Source of the DNA: Chloroflexota bacterium | Lineage (GTDB): Bacteria > Chloroflexota > Anaerolineae > JAAYEA01 | Assembly (NCBI GenBank): GCA_036841525.1 | Contig: DAITVZ010000006.1 | Location: 5,749-69,748 of the forward strand | Length of the DNA: 64,000 nt | Reading direction: 5' to 3' | Part shown: one piece after another, positions 48,532 to 56,700 of the stretch | How positions within the stretch are numbered: position 1 is the first letter of the stretch | How the letters are laid out: each line of letters begins with the position of its first letter | Translations under genes and position numbers: made by a program | Notes under the pieces: model-generated | The model's input: the letters and a program-made list of their open reading frames with translations, nothing else | Told to the model about the DNA's origin: nothing | Databases searched by the model: none

Positions 48532-50733
48532 ATGGCAATGGCGCTTGCCCTGTTGTTGGCTGGGGGGCTGCTGGCGCTGGCGCAGGTGGTGGCCACGTTG
48601 AGCCAGTGGTACGGCTGGTCGCTCCCTTGGCTGGCCAATCTGGACTGGCTGGCGCAAGCTTGCCCGTATCTGGGCAACCTGGGCTTCGGCCGGTACCTGC
48701 CCGTTGCGCTAGCAGCCGCCTTGGTGGGGGGGCTGGTTGGGGCGGCTAGTTCGTTTCGCCTGCGGCAATCCGTGCTTGCCGATCCACCCTCGCGCGCGAC
48801 GGTGGCGCAACGCTCGCGGATTCCCATGGCGGCGGCGCTTCTGCTGGTTGCCGCAGTGGGCCTGGAGGCTGTGGCCGTCTGGCGGGCGCTCGAAGGCGGA
48901 CTGCCACCCGCCGCGCTTTGGTGTCTGCCGCCCATTCTTGTGGCGTCTGCGCTCAAGCTATGGGAACGCTCCGGCCAACGCCCGCCTCTCTTGGTATTGG
49001 GCGACTGGCTGTATCTGCTGGCTTATCATTGCGCGATTGCCGGTTGCGCGTGCGCTGGTGGCAGGGCCTGGATCCCCGCTGTCATCCTCTGGCTGATGGC
49101 GGGTGCGGCGCTGTATGCCTCGGTGGCTGACCCATCGCCGCGTCCAGGCGGGATGTGGGGAGGAGCATCGCGGGTCATTGTGTTGGCGCTGGGGCTGGGC
49201 TACTTTGCTCTTGCCGCATGGGACCTCAACTCGTGGCGCTTTGCGGTCATTGGCGACGAGTACTCGTTCTTTCTGTACGCTTGGCAGTTGCTCAAGGGCG
49301 TGTTACATAAGCCGCTCCTGACGGGGCTGGGGAACTATGGGATGCATCCAGCCTTGTCGTCTTACTTGCAGGCAGCCTCCATGCGGTTGTGGGGGATAGA
49401 CAACTATGGGTGGCGCATCAGCAACGTGTTGGTGGTAGCATCGGCGCTCCCTTTCTGGTACATGCTTGTCAGGTCAATCGCAACCGAACGCGTGGCCTTG
49501 TTGGCGACGGGCTTTCTGGCCTGCTCGCATTACCTGATCGGGTTTGGCAAGATTGGCTACAACAACTTGCAGGCACTGTGGCCGGTGTGTGTGTCGGTGG
49601 CCTTCCTCTTCCTGGCGATGCGCAAGGATAGCCTGCTGGGTTACTGGCTCGCGGGCACGGTGGCAGGGCTCGGCTTTTACGTGTTTGCTCTGGCGCGCCT
49701 GGCGGCTCCAGCCCTTGGCCTGCTGATGCTGCTTTATCGGTCGCCTTTTCGGCGGCGCAACTGGCTCCCTTGGGCCGCGCTGCTGCTGGGCATCGGCGTC
49801 ACGGCATGGCCCGTCATCGCTGAGCCTGGTGGCTCCGAAGTGCTGTGGCAGCAGACTGTGTTCGGAGGCACTGGCATCGGGGCCATCGACGAGATCGCGC
49901 GCAGGGTCGGAAGCAACTCGCTGAGGGCGCTGTTCTCGTTTCTGATCAGCCGAAAGAACACGCACTTTGTCTACGGTGCGCATCTGGACCCGTTGACCGG
50001 ATCTCTGGCCGTCGCGGGGCTATTTGGCCTGTTCATGGGCTGGCGCAAGGTCAAGGCGCCCTGGGTGGTTCTGCTTGGGTATGGGGCGTGCATTCTGGCG
50101 CTCGGCGGGCTGGCGCAGTACGATTACCCGCCGAACACCCGGCTGTTCGCGCTGGTGCCGTTGTACGCCCTGATGGCTGCGGTTGGCTGCGATGGCTTGG
50201 CGCGAACGCTCGCACGGGTCGTAGGCTGGCCGAAGCTAGCTGTCTTGCTGAGCGCCTTGTGCGTGGGGGCGGCCTTCGGAGTCAACGCCTACATCGTCTA
50301 TGACAGGCTCCCCGCCGGGCGAGCGATCACCCAAGAGAGCGTGCTCGTGCGGATGCTGCAAGAGATGGAGAGCGGGCAGGCCCCGCTACGGCCTGTGTAT
50401 GTGGTCCGCGCAGAGGGGGATCAGTACGACCTGGTACGCTACCTGATGTCAGCCTTTGGGCTGGAGCGCGTGAGCGTTCGAGTGCTGGCCCCGCAGGAAG
50501 CCGTCGAGGCGCTTCGCCAGGGCGGCTTTGCCAACACGCCGGCTGTGGTGCTCATCCCCTCCCAGTTCGCTGAGGGGGCCTCCGCAGTGGTTGCAGCGGC
50601 GCGCGAGGCGTTCCCAGGGAGCGAGGTGGTCCGGGTTGTGGATCGTTCCGGCGCCTATCACTTCGAGCAGATTATCGCGCCTGTGGCCATACCTGAAACG
50701 GTTGGCATCCGGCTGGAGCCATGGGCTCCATAG
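48532..50733 (+). CDS. GT-C fold membrane glycosyltransferase (GT39/PMT/ArnT-like)
   Basis: Multiple TM helices; first-loop VIGDEYSFF (DE motif), HPALSSYLQA, KIGYNN; start uncertain (the ORF opens at 48436). Confidence 0.75.
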   Translation: MAMALALLLAGGLLALAQVVATLSQWYGWSLPWLANLDWLAQACPYLGNLGFGRYLPVALAAALVGGLVGAASSFRLRQSVLADPPSRATVAQRSRIPMAAALLLVAAVGLEAVAVWRALEGGLPPAALWCLPPILVASALKLWERSGQRPPLLVLGDWLYLLAYHCAIAGCACAGGRAWIPAVILWLMAGAALYASVADPSPRPGGMWGGASRVIVLALGLGYFALAAWDLNSWRFAVIGDEYSFFLYAWQLLKGVLHKPLLTGLGNYGMHPALSSYLQAASMRLWGIDNYGWRISNVLVVASALPFWYMLVRSIATERVALLATGFLACSHYLIGFGKIGYNNLQALWPVCVSVAFLFLAMRKDSLLGYWLAGTVAGLGFYVFALARLAAPALGLLMLLYRSPFRRRNWLPWAALLLGIGVTAWPVIAEPGGSEVLWQQTVFGGTGIGAIDEIARRVGSNSLRALFSFLISRKNTHFVYGAHLDPLTGSLAVAGLFGLFMGWRKVKAPWVVLLGYGACILALGGLAQYDYPPNTRLFALVPLYALMAAVGCDGLARTLARVVGWPKLAVLLSALCVGAAFGVNAYIVYDRLPAGRAITQESVLVRMLQEMESGQAPLRPVYVVRAEGDQYDLVRYLMSAFGLERVSVRVLAPQEAVEALRQGGFANTPAVVLIPSQFAEGASAVVAAAREAFPGSEVVRVVDRSGAYHFEQIIAPVAIPETVGIRLEPWAP

Positions 50734-50758
50734 AGACTAGACTGAGGGTCGGATTCGC

Positions 50759-52111
50759 ATGTCGTCACAAGAGTGCCCGCTGAGCGGGCGCGAACTGGAG
50801 ATACTGGCCCTGGTGGCCACCGGCGTCACCAACGCCCAGATCGCGAGCGTCCTCGACATCAGCCCCAACACGGTGAAGGTTCACCTGAGAAACATCTTTG
50901 CCAAGCTGGAGGTCGAGTCGCGGACGGAGGCGACCACGCTGGCCATCCGGCAGGGGTGGATACGCGTCGACGCGGCACCGGACACGGCGCCAGAGAGCGG
51001 CCAGGTGGCTGGGCGAGCCCAATACGAGGAGCCCCAGAGGCGTTGGGAGCCTCTGTCGCTCTGGCGGCGCGCAGCGTTCGTCGCGCTGGCGTTGGTGGCC
51101 CTGGCTGTTGGGCTCTGGCCGCGCTCGGGATTGTCTCCCGCTCGGCAGGGAGATGCCTTCGCTGACCACGCCACGACCATGAGCGGCAATGCTCCCCGCC
51201 CCGGGGTCTCGCGCTGGACCGAGGGGGCGCAGATGCCTACACCGCGAGCGCGCCTGGCTTTCGTGGCCCTGAACGGGCTTCTCTATGCCATTGGCGGGGA
51301 TTCGGCGCAGGGGATCAGCGATCTGGTGGAAGTCTATGACCCCGCGGCTGACTTGTGGAGCAGGGGCGCCAGCAAACCGACCGCCGTCGCCAACATTGGG
51401 GCGGTGGCCTGGCAAGGCAAGCTGTATATCCCCGGGGGATATACGACGACTGGGGCGGCCACGGCGGCGCTAGAGATCTATGACCCGCAGGCAGACACCT
51501 GGAGCCGCGGCCCGGACCTTCCAGAGCCGCTTTTCGGTTACGCGCTGGCCGTGGCTGGCGATACCTTGCTTGTGTTCGGAGGATCGGATGGCTCCAGCTA
51601 CCGCGACACCACTTACAGCTATGACCTTGTTAGCGAGCGGTGGTCCGTCGGGGCGCGCGCGGGCACTCTCAGGGCCTTCGCGGCGGCTGCAACGGGTGAC
51701 GGAGGCGAGGTCTATCTGCTGGGCGGATGGGACGGCGAGAACGAGCTCAACCTGTGCCAGCGCTATGATCCGCAGGCTGCCGCGGCTGGAGAGCAACCCT
51801 GGTCCGTATGCGCGCCCATGCTGTCCAGAAGGGCGGGGCTGGCGGCGACGCTTGCCGCCGGCCAGGTGTATGCGATAGGCGGCGGCTGGGAGAACCCCCT
51901 GTACTACAATGAGAAATACGATCCTCGCAACGATATGTGGGCGAGCGTGGAGACCCCCATCGTCGGGCAGTGGCGGACCCTGGGCGCTGCCGCACTGGGG
52001 CAGGGGGAGGAGACCGTGGTCTATGCAGTGGGCGGCTGGAACGAGGGCTACCTTGCTGTGACCGAGCGCTTCCGGCCGCTCTTTTACGTGAACTTGCCAA
52101 ACATTCCTTAG
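50759..52111 (+). CDS. LuxR-type HTH - transmembrane - Kelch-repeat protein
   Basis: LSGRELEILALVATGVTNAQIASVLDISPNTVKVHLRNIFAKL; hydrophobic helix AAFVALALVALAVGLW; repeated YAIGG/YIPGG/LVFGG/YLLGG...W Kelch units. Confidence 0.88.
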   Translation: MSSQECPLSGRELEILALVATGVTNAQIASVLDISPNTVKVHLRNIFAKLEVESRTEATTLAIRQGWIRVDAAPDTAPESGQVAGRAQYEEPQRRWEPLSLWRRAAFVALALVALAVGLWPRSGLSPARQGDAFADHATTMSGNAPRPGVSRWTEGAQMPTPRARLAFVALNGLLYAIGGDSAQGISDLVEVYDPAADLWSRGASKPTAVANIGAVAWQGKLYIPGGYTTTGAATAALEIYDPQADTWSRGPDLPEPLFGYALAVAGDTLLVFGGSDGSSYRDTTYSYDLVSERWSVGARAGTLRAFAAAATGDGGEVYLLGGWDGENELNLCQRYDPQAAAAGEQPWSVCAPMLSRRAGLAATLAAGQVYAIGGGWENPLYYNEKYDPRNDMWASVETPIVGQWRTLGAAALGQGEETVVYAVGGWNEGYLAVTERFRPLFYVNLPNIP

Positions 52112-52119
52112 CGGTGAGG

Positions 52120-52668
52120 ATGGAACGGATGAAGACAGCGGATGGTGCGGCGGTGGTGGGCATTGCAGGTTGGTCAGGAGCTGGCAAGACCACGTTTCTG
52201 GAAAAGCTCGTGCACGAGTTGAAGGGGCGCGGGTACCGCGTGGGGACGGTCAAGCATACCACCCACGAAGGCGCACTGGACGTGCCGGGAAGCGACAGCT
52301 ACCGGCACTTTGAGGCCGGGAGCGACATGGTGACCCTGGTAGGAAGCCGGCAGCTTGCTATCTTTGAGCGGCTCGAGGAGGGCCTGGGCTTGGAGCAAGT
52401 GGTGGCGCGGGTCAGCGGGGTCGACATCCTGTTGGTGGAAGGGTATAAGCGAGCGCGCTTTCCCAAAGTCGAAGTCTCGCGGTGGGGAGTCCCTGAGTGG
52501 AGCCGCCTGGTGTCGCACCCAGAAGATCTACTGGCCGTCGTGACCGATCGGCCCTGGTCGGTTGGCGTGCCATGCTACGAGCTCGACGACGCCGCGGGGG
52601 TAGCGGATCTGCTAGTGCAGAGAGGCCTGCTGGCCCCTAAAACCCTTCTTAGGCCGAACTTCGCATAG
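52120..52668 (+). CDS. mobB: Molybdopterin-guanine dinucleotide biosynthesis protein B
   Basis: GWSGAGKTT, GYRVGTVKH, GSDSYRH, ILLVEGYK. Confidence 0.9.
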   Translation: MERMKTADGAAVVGIAGWSGAGKTTFLEKLVHELKGRGYRVGTVKHTTHEGALDVPGSDSYRHFEAGSDMVTLVGSRQLAIFERLEEGLGLEQVVARVSGVDILLVEGYKRARFPKVEVSRWGVPEWSRLVSHPEDLLAVVTDRPWSVGVPCYELDDAAGVADLLVQRGLLAPKTLLRPNFA

Positions 52669-52733
52669 TCATAAAAGCATGATACCCGAATTAGGGCTTT
52701 TGATTTCTATTAGTGACTAGGGTACTATGCGAA
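52660..52733. repeat. AT-rich segment bounded by a 10-bp perfect inverted repeat
   Basis: TTCGCATAGT (52660-52669) and ACTATGCGAA (52724-52733), with nested internal stems. Confidence 0.6.
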
Positions 52734-52887
52734 ACGCCCAGCGTGCGACGCCGGGCCAAGGCGACCCGGGTGGGTGAAACAGATGGTGCGACAGACGGCG
52801 AACGCCGCGGGTGCACGGGGGCTCTTCCGCGGCGTTCCTGGTTCTGCTTGTGACTAGGGAGTGGGGAAGCGGCGCGACGAGGAGTCG

Positions 52888-53757
52888 TTACGCTTTGATA
52901 TACTTGCCGATGAGAGGCGCCAGGTCGCGCTTCACGCGCTGAGGGATGACATCGCGGTTCGTGATCATGGCAGTGGCCAGCGCGGAGCCGCAATCACACT
53001 CGCGAGCAGCGGGGATCATGGACACCAGAACCTCGATGGCTCGCTTGGTCACAGCCGCATTGGCTGTCAGGTTCCCGATGAGCATGTCGACGCTCACGGG
53101 TTCTTCCGTCTCATGCCATACATCATAGTCGGTCACATGGGCCATGCAGGCATAGCAGATCTCGGCCTCCCGCGCCAGCTTGGCCTCTGGAATAGCGGTC
53201 ATGCCAATGATATCGACGCCCCATTGCCGGTAGATGCGTGATTCAGCTTTGGTCGAGAACTGCGGACCATCGATCACGATGAAGGTGCCGCCTCGATGCA
53301 CGGTGGCCCCGGTCTGTTGAACCGCCTCGTAGAGCAGGTGGCTGAGCTCGGGGCAGAACGGCTCCGCCATCCCGATGTGTACGACCAGGCCATCGCCAAA
53401 GAACGAGTTGGCTCGAGCCTTGGTACGGTCAAACAACTGGTCAGGAATCACAATGTCGCGGGGAGCGTAATCGGCGCGCATGCTGCCGCACGCGCTCACC
53501 GAGATTATCCGCTCGACTCCCAGCGTCTTGAGCGCATAGATGTTGGCGCGCGAGTTCAACTCATGTGGCATGATGCGGTGACCCCGTCCGTGCCGAGGCA
53601 GGAAGGCGATGCGGCGGCCCTGCAGGGTCCCAACGATGATCGCGTCGCTGGGATCGCCAAACGGAGTCTTGACTCGCACCTCCGAGACGTCAGTTAGCGC
53701 CTCCATCTCGTAGATGCCGCTGCCCCCGATTACGCCGATGCTGACTTGCTCTTGCAT
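52888..53757 (-). CDS. mtnP: S-methyl-5'-thioadenosine phosphorylase
   Basis: IGVIGGSG, FLPRHGRGH, SACGS, DGPQFST, IGMT, VTDYD. Confidence 0.95.
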   Translation of the reverse strand: MQEQVSIGVIGGSGIYEMEALTDVSEVRVKTPFGDPSDAIIVGTLQGRRIAFLPRHGRGHRIMPHELNSRANIYALKTLGVERIISVSACGSMRADYAPRDIVIPDQLFDRTKARANSFFGDGLVVHIGMAEPFCPELSHLLYEAVQQTGATVHRGGTFIVIDGPQFSTKAESRIYRQWGVDIIGMTAIPEAKLAREAEICYACMAHVTDYDVWHETEEPVSVDMLIGNLTANAAVTKRAIEVLVSMIPAARECDCGSALATAMITNRDVIPQRVKRDLAPLIGKYIKA

Positions 53758-53778
53758 ATCCACTATCCTCTCTATAGC

Positions 53779-56700
53779 CTAGTTCGCGCCAATGGCCTGC
53801 AGTCGCTCCGCAGCGCGATCTTCCCAGTCAGTGCCAACGCCGATCTGCATGGCCTGGGTATAGGCCCTGCGCGCGCCGGTGCGGTCCCCCTGACTCTCCA
53901 GGGCTGTACCCAGATGGAAGAAGGACTCGGCGAACCCCGGATCGGCCTGGGTTGCCCGCTCAAAAGCTTGTGCTGCCTCGCCCCAGTGCTGCCGCTCCAG
54001 GTAGGCCATCCCCAGCTTGTTGAGCGCGGCGGGGTTATCAGGGGCCACCGCCACCGCCCTGGCATACTGGGCCAGGGCTTGTTCGAGATCGCCCATCAGA
54101 GCGTATGTATCGCCCAAGGTGTGATACATGGCAACGTCCTCGGGGTGCAGCTCGAGCGACGCCTCGAAAACGCGCGCAGCATCCTCTGGTCGCCCCAACT
54201 GACGGTAGCGATCGCCCAGCTCGAACTGCAGGCCGGCATTTCCCGGGTCAGCCTTGGCGGCGCGCTCCAGGGTCTTGAGCGCATCCCTGCTGATGCTGCT
54301 CTCTGCCCTCGGCGCCACCGTCGGGATGGCAACGGCTTGGGCTGCACCGGACACGTAACCGGCGAACTCGCGCCTGACCTGATCGAGCACGCGATAGATG
54401 CGGACGGTATCCTCATCGTAGACCAGCGCCAGGTACTCGCTCATCGCATCGAACTTGGCGAGGCTGGCCTCAGAGTAGACCGATCTTTCGAATGGCCCCA
54501 CGTACACATAGGAGACGCCGTACTTGGCCAGGAGGCGCGCCGTTTCCTCCGCGTCCATCGAGCGGTACATCTGCTCTGCGTCGCGGTGGCGGGGCCCGAT
54601 CAGCTCGTCGTAGCGCTGTTCGTTTTCGTGCAGCGGGTTGAGCACAGTGGGCAAGCCGGTGTTCACGGCGATCCGCACACCATTCTCGCGATAGTAGCCG
54701 TAAGGGGCCTGCAGAATGATCGGCGTGCCCTCGAGGTTATCGATCAACCACTTGATGGCCTTCAGATCGGGCTCCAGGTAGATCTGGTGCCCATCCCAAT
54801 TGTACGTTGCGGTCTCCATGTAGGCCAGCCCATCGAGGGTGCCCCAAGCAGGCGGGGCCGGGAATCGGTCACGCCAGCGACTCTGAATCGCCACCAGTGG
54901 ATAGGCCGCCGCCAAGAGCAGCAAGCCGCCCAGGATCACCTTCCATATGGCGCCCAAGGCATGTCGCCGCACCCACCAGGACCGAAGCAGAACGCCAAGA
55001 CAGGCCGCCGCCGAGAGGGCAAGAAGCACCCAGGCCTGGATATAGAACTTGAAGATCGTGTTCATCCGATACCAAGTATCACCCAGGTGGTCCCGGATAT
55101 AGATGACTTCCACGCCAATGGAGATCAGCAGGCCAGCCAGGCCGAGCCATAGCGCGAATCGCTCCGGCAGGATAAGGTCGGCGCGCCCCATGGCCGCCAG
55201 CGATAGCAGGATAAGCTCCGCGATGCTCCAGAGCGTCAGCAACTGCCGCCAGTTGACATCAGGATACAGAAGCTGTGCTATGCCAAGAAGCAGCGGGAGC
55301 AGCGCCAGGCTCACAAGAAACACCCACTTGCTGGACAGCCAGGCCAGCAGGCGCGACCTGGCCGTGGCCTCTGGGGCCTTGGCCGGCGCCGCCGCAACAG
55401 CAGCAGAAGGCACCTCGTCGCCGAGCAATAGGCTGGGGACAGGCTCGGCCAAGGCCAGCACGTCCGGCACTTCCGCAGCCAGCGCGTCCAGGTCGAGGAC
55501 CAGCGGGCTCGGTGTGGCGTCCGGCAGCGGAGCATCCCGAGGACCGTCCTCGGCGCTTGTGGAAGCCACCGAAACCTCTGCCGAGAAGCTGCGAGCGGTG
55601 GCCCTCCGCCCGGCGACGCGCCAGACGACATAGGTAGCCAGGACAAACAGGAACAGGCCAAAGAAGGACCAGTAGTAATTGAACTCGGTGGGATAGCGAA
55701 CGAGTCCTATCCCCTTGATGAAGGCCTGGAAGTGGGTGAAGAAGGGGAAGAACAGCGCCAGGCCAAGGCCTGCCAATGCCAGGGCGCCAACGGTGGCGGC
55801 CAGGATCGTCCTCACCTTCCGTCGCCACCCAGCGGGCTGATCATCACCATCGCGAGGGGCGTGCGCCAGCAGCAGCGCCCCAAACGCCACCAGCGCGAAC
55901 GCCGGGAAATCCCACGAGTTCGTGACAGCCAGCGTGCCGAGCACCAAAGCCGCCAAGAAGCCGACCAACCACGGCGCCGCCCGGAGACGTTCCTGGGTAT
56001 GGCCCTCGGTCTCTGTTACCTGGCGAACCCCCTGGGCGATGCGCAGGGCAAGGGCGATGGACAGGATGGTGAACGGGATATTGATGGTATGCGGGTGAAG
56101 ATCCGCGAACAAAAAGCTCCAGAAGGGGAATTCGGTGATGGTGTTCTCATAGAATCCATGGGACCGAGAGGCGTCCCAAAACCAGTCGGTGCGCAGGGGC
56201 AGAGTGGCAGGCCCGAGCCATCTCCAGAAGCCTTGCCAGAGCCGAGCCAAGGCGCCGGACGTGTCCGGGTCCGCCAGCTGCTGGAGCGCCGACACGACCT
56301 CGCCAAAGCCGCCACGTCCGCGGACCGGGAACGCTCCGCTGAGAGGGCCCACCCAGACCACCAAGAAGCCAGCCACGACGCCAAAGAGCTTGCGGCCGGT
56401 CAGCGTAGCCACAACAGAAAAGCATCCTGACACGGTGAGGGCGAACAGGGTAGCAATGATCAGGTTGAAGGCGACTCCTGGCATAAGCCCGGACAGCTTG
56501 ACCAGGGTAGACACTGCGAATAGCCCATAGTAGTAATAGTTGATGTATCCGCCGGAGAAGAAGGGGTCAAGAGGCGGCATGGTGGAGCTGCGGAGAATGG
56601 CATTTAGGAAGCCAAACTCCATGGGCTTTTCTCCGCCGTTCACCGGGTGCCAGATATCCGGATTGCCAAGCCGCAGCAACAACCCTGCCGCGAAGGCGGC

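Noticed and set aside
51180-52080. Periodic sequence similarity suggesting a DNA repeat array
   Set aside because: Explained by protein-level Kelch repeats; no nucleotide-identical units.
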